DNA of 64,000 bases, from assembly GCA_002189035.1 (NCBI GenBank), contig CM007989.1, positions 186,001 to 250,000 of the forward strand, read 5' to 3'. Positions 38,779 through 51,916 of the stretch are shown one piece after another. The translations under genes were made by a program, and so were the position numbers. The notes under the pieces are model-generated. The model saw nothing but the letters and a program-made list of their open reading frames with translations. It did no database searches and was not told the origin of the DNA. How positions within the stretch are numbered: position 1 is the stretch's first letter; every line of letters starts with the position of its first letter. This DNA is from Utricularia gibba (Eukaryota; Plantae; Magnoliophyta).

Positions 38779-41147
38779 TCATTTCCTGTGGATTTGCATC
38801 ACAACACAAATCCTTCATGAACAATATATGGTTCACTGATCCAACCAAAGGCAGACAGACAGACAGACATACCTTATATTGACGCCCTGTTTATTTTGAA
38901 GAGATTCGGGAAGGCTGCCATTCAATCTATTGTTCTGAAGAAATCTGTGCACAAAAGGATCAGTGAACCAGAGCCATAAGAAATACACGTAACAGAACAA
39001 AAAGAAGATACATTTCACGTATGTGTGGAAGGCCCCCAAGCGAACTCGGGATCGCCCCCTCAAGCTGGTTGTTCTCCAAATGCCTGTGCCACCATGAAAA
39101 GAGGTTTGTGGGAAGGGGCAATTTTTCGTATGTACAGAAGTGTGTGTGGGACATGGGAATTACAAGGTTTCCAAAGACTTCAGCTCAGTGAAATCAGGCA
39201 TCATTCCTGTGAGTTTGTTATCACCAAGCCAACTGACACATGGACTTCCAATTGTCATCACCAAATGTTTTATACCCATAGGAGATAATGAACTAAATTC
39301 ATGCTGTGAATAAAATCTTACAGATGCTTGAGGGCGCTCAGTTTAGCTATATGATGAGGCAATGTCCCAGACATTCCAGAGCCTTGGAGGTTCCTTGACG
39401 GGTTACAATATGAACAATCTCAGCAAAAGAAAAAAAGGACATGCTATAACATACCATTCTTTTGTAAAAGAAGTGTCGGCAGCTTACAATGAAACAATCC
39501 TGAAAGGTGCTTCTGTTGAGCAGGAGATCCCAGTCCAAGAATTCTCTCTTGGAAGACAAGGATCACCAGACCAGTCTTCGGGGGGGTTATCGAAATGCCC
39601 TTTGATTTCGTAAATTGCAACCACTGCCAAGTAAAGGTGGCAAAATGCAAAGCAGACACGCAGCAAAACCAGAGATTAAGACAACTCTTTGGCATATGGT
39701 TTCTCACACTAAAGTGGCGTTAAATTCAGCCATGGTTTCTATGCTAAAGCTGGAGGTGCATCCTTCCATACCAAACACTAGAGAACACGTACCATCTCTG
39801 GTGACCGTCTTTCCTCCAAGAACCAAGATCTGCAAAATTTCTGCTGCGTTGATCAAAGGTGCAACAGGAAAACCCCGAATCGCAGCTAGCGAAATCTCAG
39901 TTTTCCCAGAAAGCGGCCATTCTGGGGCAATAACAGTCTCACCATCAACCGTGACATTTAGGTTTTGATAAAACTTTTGCCCGTTCAAATGAACGTCGAA
40001 AACCCTCCAGCTGTCAGGACCCGGCGAGCGATTATCCTGAAAGTACAACGCAATGTAGTAATACGCACTTGGAAGTGGAAACGGCGGCCATCGGAGAGTG
40101 ATTGCGTCCGCGGTGTGCGTTGAAATCGCGGCGGAGAACGCCTTCTTTGGAGGAACGTTCCAGAAACTCAAGGGTTTAAGTGCGATTGGCTTGAAACCAA
40201 ATGGTTATCTCCCTCGTACGGTTGCCAATACCGATTGAACGCGTCATCTGGAAATCTGAACTTCAAGTGCCATGCAAAGAGGAAGAGAAGGGTAAATGGT
40301 TGTGTAACTGATCCAAGAAATCCAAAGAATGCATTTTACAGGAGGAAGACAAAGCATGGTGCACCTTATGATCTCCTTCTCAGGGCCAAAGCTGCTTCTT
40401 GCGACCGTGACCAACAGATTCTTCCCAAAGTCGGTAGAATTATAAACGGAATCATCAAGCTTAAGAACTTCAATGGATGAAACGAAAGGACTCGAACCAC
40501 CGGGAGTATACTGATTCCTTGCTAAACAAACACTTAAATACTTGCTGTGAACCCCAACTCTTACAATCGCCTCGTAGTACGACGCCTCCCCATTGGAGTA
40601 ATCCTCCGTCGTGTTCACAATGCTCCATCTGGTACCATCAATAATCTGATCGAACACAGGCGGCTCATCTCCGCCATCGAATCCTCCGTAAAAATACACG
40701 GTTTTCACAAGATACTTCTGCTCTTTGATAACTGGGAAAACGTAGCAGTATTTTCTTGCCATGGAATCAGGAAAATACCGAAGAGTCTGCAATCTTGGTA
40801 GCAAGTCTGATCTATTTAAGGATGCCTTTCTTCCTAGTGATACGTAGCCATCGTCCGGTACGTATCGAAGACCACCTTCATCGGTATCGCTGTTTGAACC
40901 GCAGTTCAAGAGATATCCTTGGGAAGAAATGGAGAAATGAGGCTATGATTTGGAGGTGAAAATTTTTGCATGAATGTCATCATGCAAATTGAAAAGGAAA
41001 GCATGGATTTCGATGCAATCAGAAGATCAATTCTAGAGAATAAAGGTGATTGGATTATCGTTTTTGTTCGATACCTATGGGTGGTGTGTCGGCCAACAGC
41101 CTCCGAGGGACGACGAAGAGAAGCCATAGGAGGATTAAGGTCCGCAT
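38779..41147 (-). CDS. Secreted malectin-like domain + LRR protein (At3g19230-type, no kinase); last exon uncertain
   Basis: Signal peptide exon MRTLILLWLLFVVPRRLLADTPPI|G, then YLLNCGS; malectin-like motifs LRYFP, FYGGFDG, FPDDAFNRYWQP, PLINAAEI; GDPCLP..SWTGISC; LRRs (LHLENNQLEGAIPSSLGGL, LQNNRLNGSLPESL). One -1 frameshift in a C run at 40172-40174. Confidence 0.88.
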
Positions 41148-41330
41148 GGTGGTCGGAGGGATGCTCAGTATTCCTTCATGTACGGATGATGAAAATCTTG
41201 GGGAAACGCCCATGAAGATAGGTGCTTAGTATTCCTTTTTTTTATTATTTTTTTAGGACTTATTCGGATAAAATTCATTTTGGGGCAACGGTTTTAATAA
41301 TTATAAAATCATATATAAATGCACTTATCT

Positions 41331-41405
41331 TGGGCTTCAAGCCTGGAAATAGCAGGCCCATTAGTTTGGACCAAGAAGTCCAGTAATTCGGCGGTAGTAG
41401 GGTTT
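41331..41405. promoter_or_regulatory. RPL37a promoter: site II motifs + telo-box
   Basis: TGGGCT 41331-41336, AGGCCCA 41354-41360, TAGGGTTT (telo-box, reverse) 41398-41405; the standard plant ribosomal-protein promoter signature. Confidence 0.7.
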
Positions 41406-41492
41406 TCTCGTCTGTCTATATAAACATCGAGACTCCACAGCAACTGCTAGCCGTCGCCAAATCTAGGATTTTACGCTTCGTCGTCTTCTCCG

Positions 41493-42525
<1,033 letters not shown>

Positions 42526-42751
42526 AGAATCCTTTCACGTCTTTTTCCCCTCAAGGTGTTTGAACTCAGGATTTCCAGCTTCATTTGCGGAACTTGTAAT
42601 GCGCGGATTTATTTAAATTTCAGTGATGGTAACCTTTGTTTTTTATCATTCTGCCGTTCTCTCTACACTGGGGCGCGTTCTGTGTGAGCTTTGGTTTCCA
42701 CAATCGTATTCAGTAAAAGGCAACTTGGTAGGAAGTTCAACAAACGGTGTG

Positions 42752-44820
42752 TTATTCTTGCAGATCATCTTCCTCACGTTCCCTAAGCACGCCTCCGAAT
42801 TTGTCAACCAACAATTCCACAATTAAGGGAACCAAATCATCACAAGGAACTCCTTTTCTGTACACATCTCCAAGATGTGATTCGCATCCGATTCGCCCTC
42901 CCAAAAACACATCGGCTCCTTCTACAACTTTCCCTTGTGCATTCCTTGTCATGCATCCCATGAATCCGATATCAGCTACCTGCACTTGTCCGCAGCTGTT
43001 GGGGCATCCCGTCCAGTGCATACGAACAGGCTGGGTGACGGAAACAAGCCTCTGGACTGCCTCCGTCACCTTCAAAGCTCGCCCTTTTGTTTCGATAATG
43101 GCTTGGCCGCAGAACTGGCTGCCCGTGCAAGCTACTAGGCCTCTCATGAGAATTGGCGGATCAGGAGAGAACCTGTTTTTTAGGAGGGGTTCATCCAGTA
43201 AGGCATTGAGCTTCGAGTTTTCAATGTTTGGGATGATGATGCTCTGCTCCACCGTGAGACGTAGTTCACTGGAGCCATATGTGTCTGAAAGACGAGCAAG
43301 CTCCTCCATTTCATCAGCCTGGACACGGCCGACTGGGATGTGGATGCCGACAAAGCTGTTGCCTTCTTGCTTTTGAGGGTGAATGCCATAGTAGTCTCTT
43401 CTCTCCCAATTCCTTTGGACCATGCTCTCTGAGGAAGATCTCTGCAAATGCCGTCGGGGCATTCTCTTCACTACCTCTTCTCTAAAACCTTCAATCCCCT
43501 GCGTATTGGAGCTTGTTAAGCACCACTTCGCATCATTATGAAAACTATGGCAACTTACTAGTTCATCAATAAGCCACATCATTCTAGTTTTCTGCCGGTT
43601 CCCTCTTGAACCAAGATCTCTGAAGGTTTCGAGTATGGCTCCGCAAACGGGAAGTACATCATCACCTGGAACCCAAGCATCCAAAGGGATGGCTTCCGCA
43701 CACCTCTTGGGGCTGAAGAAACCGCCAACTAGAAGATTGAATCCAAATCTACCGTCTTTCATTGCCGGCATGTAAGCAAGATCATTTATATGGGGATGCT
43801 CATATAGGTCATGTGATCCAACCACACAAGCATTCCATTTCCTTGGCCTACAGCATCACCAGCATGATCAACATCAGTGCAACAAGAAATACTTCAATAC
43901 ACAGGAAACTCACAAGTTGGTAAACGCAGGATTCCCACGAGAATTGGCGGTGATGTACTGGGAGAGCAAATTCGTATACGGCCTTGTATCAACGATTTCG
44001 AATGGATCGATGCCGGCTAAAGGGTTCCCAACAGGATTCCTCACGTTGTCCATTCCACTCTGCAAGCTTGTCAAACCAACTTCGTCAAGCCCCTTTAGTA
44101 TTTCAGGCACATCCGGCAAAACCACACCACGGATTTGCCAATTTTGCCTTGTTGTAACATCAGCACATCCATCTTTTCCATATTTCTTGATGACACTAGC
44201 CAAGAACCGCGTTTGATCGCTAGTTGTAACGCCATTTGGGAGCTTCAGCCTCATCATGAATCGTCCATCTAACCGCCAAAAACATTACAGTTTCAGACAA
44301 GATGCTAGATTTAAAGCTCAATTTCTCTGTAAGCAAGAGAAATTCAAATCACCCCCAGTAACTTACACTGATGCTTCCTCCGGTGGAAGAGGCCAAGCCA
44401 TTTGAGTCTCACATCAATATCATCCTTTAAGAGCTTCGATTTCTCAATATCCTCCAACGACATTCCCGTGAGATCTTCAATCCCATTCTCCATAAACAAT
44501 TTCATAGGCTCCTTGTCAATTTTCACCTTCTCCTGCGGATTTATCCCTTCCCTAAACTTCTCCTTCAACACAAAATACCCGCCTCTCTCTTCCACGCGAC
44601 CCTCCAATCTCTCCACGGATGGCGGCTCAGCCACCGCGCGGGGGGTGTAGCGCGGAGCCGGTTCCCGTCCGATGTTCCGCCGCAGTTCGGCAGGGTAGTA
44701 GAGGAAAACTTGGCACAAAGAGACGACAACATTATCACAAGCACTGAAAATTTCGCAGCTGAGAAACCAACCGGTAGAGGGCAGTGCCAAGGAGGTGGCG
44801 AGTGGGAGCGGTGACGCCAT
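42752..44820 (-). CDS. NIR1: Ferredoxin-nitrite reductase, plastid
   Basis: GINPQEKVK, RLKWLGLFHRR, TTRQNWQIRG, GMDNVRNP, NLPRKWN; siroheme/4Fe-4S ligands ACTGSQFCGQA and HWTGCPNSCGQ. Confidence 0.97.
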
Positions 44821-44867
44821 TTTTGTAGCGAGAGGAGACGCGAGCTTGACTCGTAAGTTGAAAATGG

Positions 44868-44874
44868 ACGTGTC
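44868..44874 (+). promoter_or_regulatory. ABRE core ACGTGTC in the NiR promoter
   Basis: Exact ACGTG(G/T)C match, directly abutting the NRE. Confidence 0.45.
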
Positions 44875-44896
44875 CTCTTAGGATAACCAAAGGCCA
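44875..44896 (-). promoter_or_regulatory. Nitrate-responsive element (NRE, NLP-binding)
   Basis: Minus strand TGGCCTT-TGGTTATCCT-AAGAG fits the CTT-N10-AAGAG pseudo-palindrome known from NIR promoters; 55-76 bp upstream of the NiR ATG. Confidence 0.7.
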
Positions 44897-46091
44897 ATTG
44901 CAGGCGCAATATGACGACAATGTCCCCCCCCCTTGGTTCACTCATCAAGAACATACCAAGGATCTTTCGGTAATAGCGCGTAAAACACCACTTCAGAGTT
45001 TGGAAAGACGACCAACGTATGCATCCTCGATGAATTTCTCCACCGAATGCCTTCTATGATGCCGAAGAAACACACCTTTTATTTTTGCATTTTTTAATAA
45101 TTAAATGCTCACGATTCCAATTTTATTTACGTAAAATAGGAAAAAATAACCTGAAATTCTCACGGCCCAAGTGCCTAACATGGGGTATGCAAGGTCGGAC
45201 TTGCCCTTGCGATCCTGTGCTTTAGTTTACTTGCTGGCGTTTTTACAGATGCGGTGTCATGGCAGCATTGTGTCCAAGCAGTAATATAGCATGATGACAT
45301 CACCTCAAACAACAACCAATCCAATCTACTGGTCTTCATGTATGTCAGGCGCCGTCCGAGGATTGTGATTAGCACACGTACCGAGTTGTCATTGGCTGGA
45401 TCCCACGTCGCGCGATCTGATTGGCCACAGATTTCATGGAAGAAAACGGTTAAATGTTCGGAGGGCTGAAGGCGGTGTTGTTGAAAGCAGAAGACACTTG
45501 TCGCTTCCTCTCACGAACGAGGTATCGACACGACACGATCTCTTTCTCTCACTGGTGTAAGGGTAAATCCTCATCTATCTTTCACTGTCGATTTCTGTTT
45601 TTCTCTTCTTCTTTTGCTGGTTTTTAGTACTGTGTAATGGTGAATTTGTTGCTTTTCCTCGATGGGTTAACCTCGATTATTTGTCATTTATCCTGAAGCT
45701 TGATGGGTTTTGTTTTCATTCGTTGGCTTTCTGTGCTTTTCCCCTTTTTATGTAATCGGTGTTTCCACTGGGGGAGACTGATATAATTCACAGCCGTTCT
45801 GAACCCAACGATAATCTGATACGAAGACCTGCTACTTTCTTGGCAATTTTTATTTTCTTTTTCCTGTCTTCTCTCTTTGTGGGTCCTTATTACTTATGGC
45901 GGGTCTCGTATTTGAAATTCTTGCTTAAGTAGTGCAATCGTCGCTGATTTTAGAACAAAATGGTAGTAAAGCTTGTAAAAGAACACGCTAGTTTAAGTGT
46001 GCCCTGTAGCTGCCTTGTTACAGTTTCGGAAGTGATAACATTAGTGGGTTTTTATCAGCTAGTAGGTCTGCTTCAACTGGAGGTTCCGTCT

Positions 46092-47543
46092 ATGGGGCCA
46101 TCATACATAAACTTCAGGAGTTATTCTGATAAATCTCAACCAGAAGATGGTAGTGCCTGTAACTATCCACTGGTTGGTCAGTCTTCAGTATATTCCTTGA
46201 CATTTGACGAGTTTCAAAACACCTTGGGTGGATCTGGGAAGGACTTTGGATCAATGAACATGGAGGATTTTTTAAGGAGTGTTTGGACTGCTGAAGAGAA
46301 TCAGGCTGTGGCTTCATCATCTGGTGGAGCTATTGGAAGTTTGCAACGACAAGGCTCATTATCTTTACCTCGGACGCTTAGCCAGAAAACAGTTGACGAA
46401 GTGTGGAGGGAAGTGCTAAAAGAAACCATTGCTGAAAGAGATGGAAATGGAAGTGGGATTGGCTTATCCTTTGGTAGGGAGCCAACTCTGGGTGAGATGA
46501 CGTTGGAAGCGTTCTTGATGAAAGCTGGTGTTGTTAGAGAAGATGTTCAACCTTCTGGGGAATCAAACACCACTGGATTCTATGCTAACAGCTTTGATTT
46601 AGGGCTTGGATTTCAACAATCTAATCAGTTCTCTGAGCAGAGTAACATTTCTTTCGATGCCCCGAACTTGGGGAATGCCGTATCAGGTCATCAGCAACAA
46701 TCTCACCACCCTCTGCATCAACCACAGTTGCTGTTACCGAAGCAGGCAAATTTAGTGTTTTCTGCCCCCACCAAGATCACAAGTAATGTTATTCAGTCGA
46801 ACGGCCTAATATCTGGAATGCCGAATGGTTCAAATGGTGGCATTGTTCAAAGAGGTGGAGCTGTTGGAGCACCTCCGCAGAGATATCTAGTTTCGGATGC
46901 GAAAGCAGAACATAGCTGGGATACACCAACCGTCTCACCTTCACTATACCATCTTGGAGAAAGCAGAAGATCGACAAATCCGGTGGAGAAGGTCGTGGAG
47001 AGGAGGAAGAGGAGAATGATAAAGAACAGGGAATCAGCTGCACGCTCTCGAGCTAGGAAGCAGGTAAGTGATGTAGTTCACTTGGTTTCAGATACAGATT
47101 CTTAGACATGATAATGATTGTGAAAATGCAGGCTTACACTCTTGAACTCGAAGCAGAAGTAGCAAAGCTCAGAGAAGTGAACCAGGCGTTGCGTAAACAG
47201 CAGGTACACCACATTAAAGGAACCCACTAAAGCATCATTGTTGATGAGATTCAGTTTGGTCGATCATTGTTGAGACTTGTTTGCTTTTGCAGGAAGAGAT
47301 CATAGAGAAGCAGAAAAACGAGGTTCGTGTTTCTTTCATGAAACCCATCAATGAAGATGCTCTTTGCACCTATTGAAAAACGGAATTTGGCTCGAAGTTT
47401 CTACAGCTTACACGCATGTAATTCCATCCATGAACTGAAGTATGTCATTCATTTGTTTGCATACACAGATCCAGGATCCCATGAGTGAGCGTGGGGAAGA
47501 CAAAGGCAGTCACCTGCGAAGAACACTAACTGGACCTTGGTAG
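46092..47543 (+). CDS. ABF: ABF/AREB group-A bZIP transcription factor, 4 coding exons
   Basis: C1 QSSVYSLTFDEF, C2 LQRQGSLSLPRTLSQKTVDEVW, C3 TLGEMTLEAFL, bZIP RRMIKNRESAARSRARKQ|AYTLELE, C4 LRRTLTGPW*. Confidence 0.96.
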
Positions 47544-48215
47544 ACTTTGACCTGAATAAATTCTAACCTTTGGTTCAAATAAAACAGCATATGTAGTTGC
47601 AAAAACAGGACTAGGCTACATAAGATAACCCATGGAAGACTTTGCACTAGTTCAGTGTGATATAAAGTAGCAACTTGTAGTGTGTGCAGGCGACGGTTTG
47701 CTATGTAAACTGATGAAGCTTAGGCTTCTGAAAGAATCTCTAGTAGATGCATCAGGTGTTTTGTATCTCTTTTTAGGCAGTATTGTTTGAACTATGAAAA
47801 GACATGCAGCATTGCTCAAAAAATATATATCTAACCAGGCAGATAATTCAGAGGAGCCAGAGGTCTCTTCTTAAACATTCTCTTTTCAACATCTCAACTT
47901 TTGATTCTTATCAACTGTGAATTTTTTGCATCTCCACTCCGTCCTTTTTGACACTTTTCAGGCTGGCGATGTTTCTACAGTCCTGATCTTATTTGCTCTA
48001 GTCTGCTCGGTGTTGGTTTGTGTGTTTTAACAATGTGGGACTATAGTGGGCGTCTCTTTTTGTCAGCTAGCTTTCTAAGAAGTGAGGCATGCCCCTATGA
48101 ACATGCTGGTGTCCACAGGGATTTTGTGTTCTTTTCCTGATGCTGTATTCTACAGTGATTGTAGACAAGAAGCAGTTTAAATGCACAGTTTGGCATGATT
48201 TTAAACTCAGTCTCC

Positions 48216-51188
48216 TCACAAAGAAGCAGCATTGTTGGGAGAGTGGGGGAGCCTGTTTCAATGAGTAAGGATCGAGTGCAGTATGATCTTGTCGTGCTCG
48301 AAGATGACGCCAAGCATCGTTCGCCGCTGAAGAATCCCTTCTTGCCTCTGCTGCTGCTGCTAACTTTCCTTCCACTACCATCACCTTCTTCATCCTCCAC
48401 AACTCCAGGAAACTCACTGTTCTGGGGATCTGCACTCTCGTATAAGAGCCTGCGAACCTGCTTGATGGATGGCCTCGCTTGACCTTCTCTCTGTGTACAC
48501 CACTTCACAATCCTCAGCAATGCCTGCAGTTGATCCGCATTGAAGCTTTTACCGAGACTGGGGTCGACAAGCTCCAGTATCCTCGATTCGGGAGCCAGGT
48601 ATTCTCGAGACCATTCAATCAGGTTCTTATTATCCTGTATGGCTTGTCTACCGGTCACGAGCTCAAGTAGAACGACGCCATAGCTATAGATATCACTCTT
48701 TTCTGTGAGTTCTTGTGTTACTACGTATTCTGGGTCCATGTAACCTAAACATGGAGATCCAATGTAAGTTTACAGAAATCAATCAAAGGCTGTCTAAGCT
48801 GAGGTTTCAATAGCTTGAGGTAATGTTGTGACCTGGGGTTCCTCGCACATCTGTGTTTACTGGTTCAAAGCATATGGATCCATCTTTCGATGCATGAGCA
48901 AGACCAAAGTCTGCAACCTGCACCAGAAATGGCAGTTATGCGTTAGATCTGTGTTTTTTCAGCTAATCCCCATTTCTTACCTTCGCAGTGTAGTTTTCGT
49001 CAAGCAGTATATTGCTGGACTTAATGTCTCTGTGGCAGAGAGGAGGGTCGCAATAAAAATGAAGGTATTCCTGGACAACCAAGAAGGAAAAAGAAAAAAA
49101 CATGAGATGTTGTGATTCCACTCTGTCATGAATTCACGAGTCATATAACTCTGGTGGTTACCAGTGCATTTGCTACATCGATAGCGATCTGAATTCTTGT
49201 GCTCCATCTCAGTGGAGTTTTGCTTTGTGCTGAGACATAATCGAAATTTTAAGTGAACTCAAACTTGCTTCAGTGACATGAGTGGAAAAATGGGAAACTG
49301 GTTCTCAAATCCTCTTCCTTAAGATATGAAAATAGGTATGGAAAGATGTACATACAGTGTAGACGATCCCTTAAGCTCCCATTTGCCATGAATTCGTACA
49401 TGAGAAACCTGAAACAGCAGCATTTTCTTCGTAACTTGACCTGAAAGTGCACACCAATTTGGTACAGGAGAAGGATTTTATTCAGAGTTTTGGTTGTTAC
49501 CTCTCATGCTGTTCTATGCAGAAGCCTTTAAGAGCCACAAGATGGCGATGGTGAAGACGGGAAAGGAGCTCCAGTTCTCGGCAAAAATCATCCTCTGCCT
49601 GATCTGAGGCTTTGCTCATCCGTTTCACGGCTGTAACTTGACCATCCCTGAACTCGGCTTTGTACACAATTCCGAAACCCCCTTCTCCAATTACTGTGCT
49701 GAAGTTGTTTGTAGCTTTCTTTACCTCTTTGTAGCTGAATTTTTTGAACATACATGTTGGTCCTTCATGCAATTTGAATACAACAAGACAAGAAAAAGGA
49801 GGTCAGAACACACATTTGCATCTGCATGGTACCAAAAGACTGAATGAAAAAGCTCCTGAATAAACAACAAAATACCATCTTGAAATTTTCTGGCAGGAAG
49901 AGGAACTGGTCCAGTTGAATCTCCCTTACTGATGTTACACTCCCTCAGTTCTCGTTTTTTCCTTCGGATGAGAAGAATCAATACCATAAGAACTGCCATA
50001 CCAAGAACTGTCACAGCAATGCCAATTCCTGGAACTATTGTAAGACGGTATGGATGGTGAGTTTCTGCTATCAGGCGTAGTTGAGATGGGCCTGCAGCAA
50101 CTGGTGGAATCGGAGATGTTTGAGGCGAAAGCAATCCTGAAATTAAAACCAGATCAATACGAAACACTACTAAAGATTGATCCACAAGTCTGCAGTAGCT
50201 AAAACCATGCGTCAGACTATACCCTTTGGTGAGAGGACACCTTGAACCTGAAAAAAACAGCTCCCGATTTCAACAGAAGAACCATAATCAACTTGGCTAG
50301 CAACAGCAGCAAAAGTTGCATCTCTGCAAGTATTCATAGTCACATTGCCAACAGGGCCAAGCAGGCTTCGAAGATACACAATAGCACTATTCATGCACTT
50401 TCGACAAGAATCATCCCCCAAGAATGACACCTTGCAGTTTTCGGCAACATCACTAAAGTTTCTAGACACAACCATTTGCTCCACAGTCTTTCGGCCTTCG
50501 CAATCATATCTTAAAGGTATTTTTGTCCCAAAACCGCAGAAAACCATCGCGTTTCTCGTTACTCCATAAAGCTCAAACTTCCGAGAAATCGAATTCAAGC
50601 AGATATCAGATAACTCTGAGGTGACACCCAAGTCACCTGTCTCATTTGCATAACGTGAAACCGAAATGGCAACGACGGCATTAATATAACGGCAACACTT
50701 AGCTCGATCATCTTTCCCGGAGCAGAGGGAGGCAGCCAGGGTGAAATTGGAATGACTCAAATCCATTGGACAATCTGCGGATACGTGGAAATCAACCAAA
50801 AGATCAACAAAAATTCCATAACAACATCCCCAAAATTTGATAAAGCATCGCCGTAGCTAATTAGAAGCTACAGTGCATCTCGCTGTCAACCAGCAATGAA
50901 ATCCCGTGGTTGTCATCAAACTCAACTACCCAGAAACAGCTCAGAGTATCTGGTTATATGCACGTTCAGACACAAAACAAGCATACCCAGATTCGCAGCA
51001 AGCAGCTCTTTTTTCAAAATGCAAACACAAAAGACACCCAAACTCAACAATAAAAGCCCATTTTTAGCAACAAGAGAGTAACAAGTAACGCCACCTGCAG
51101 CTGCAGCAGTCATTGGCAAAAAAACCCGCACAGCCAGCAGCATTAGACCAAGCACCACCTCTGCCATCGGCTGAGCAACGAAACCCAC
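48216..51188 (-). CDS. Receptor-like kinase with a Cys-rich SPARK-type ectodomain (At1g49730-type)
   Basis: Signal peptide; [18 protein letters not shown]...KCCRY ectodomain; [27 protein letters not shown]; [20 protein letters not shown]. Restoring one C at 48245-48249 gives the family-like end [14 protein letters not shown] (stop 48216-48218). Confidence 0.93.
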
Positions 51189-51916
51189 ATGGGGTTGTCA
51201 CCGTAAGCTTGGGGTCATTAGCATTTATCAGCGCGCCGAGCAAGAAGCAATAATACAAAGAAATGAGGTTGGAGGAGTAGGGGCTCAGGCTGTCTGCTGT
51301 CTCAGGTTCTTCCAAGAAGAAGTGAAGTGGGGATTGTGTTGACTACGTGGTCTCACTCTTAATCCAAAAACCTAATTAATACATAGCCTATGTGAATAAT
51401 TTTGCTTTAATGATTTATTTGAATCAAATTAATATTATTTTTTAATAGAAAAATAGTTGCTGCTGCTTTAGAATAATATTTCTTGGTTTGTAAATCTGGA
51501 AAATTGAGTATTTATTTCTTTTGGAAGGCTATAAATAGAATTACCTAAATTGATAAAGTTTCAATTAGTTCCCTGAATACGTCAACATCTTTTTTTAAAT
51601 TTGAATTAATTAAAAACCGGTTGAAGAAAATCTAATTTAAATTGATTTGTAAAATATTACGCGTATAAATCGAGAGCGTGACGAGAAACATTTTTGAAAA
51701 AAACGCAAATATCTCGTGTAACCGCGCGCGTACTCGACAGGCCTCATTCTAGAAAAAGCAAGACATCGCCGACGGAGGCGCGCGCGTGAGCAAGAGAAAG
51801 ATTTCGGATTCGCCTTCTTCGTCTTGATCGCGCTTCCGTTTCAGGAGCTATTCACAGTTTCTGGTTGTGTTCATTGTAGTTGTTGAGACCTCTTTTCGCA
51901 CTGTGTAGTTGTTAAG

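Noticed and set aside
45960-46091. N-terminal extension of the ABF ORF (MVVKLVKEH…)
   Set aside because: Falls in the U-rich 5'-UTR intron/leader; family similarity starts at MGPSYINF (46092).
48095-48215. Extended RLK C-terminus in the ORF track (…[12 protein letters not shown]…)
   Set aside because: Artefact of the missing C at 48245-48249; the family-like stop is at 48216-48218.
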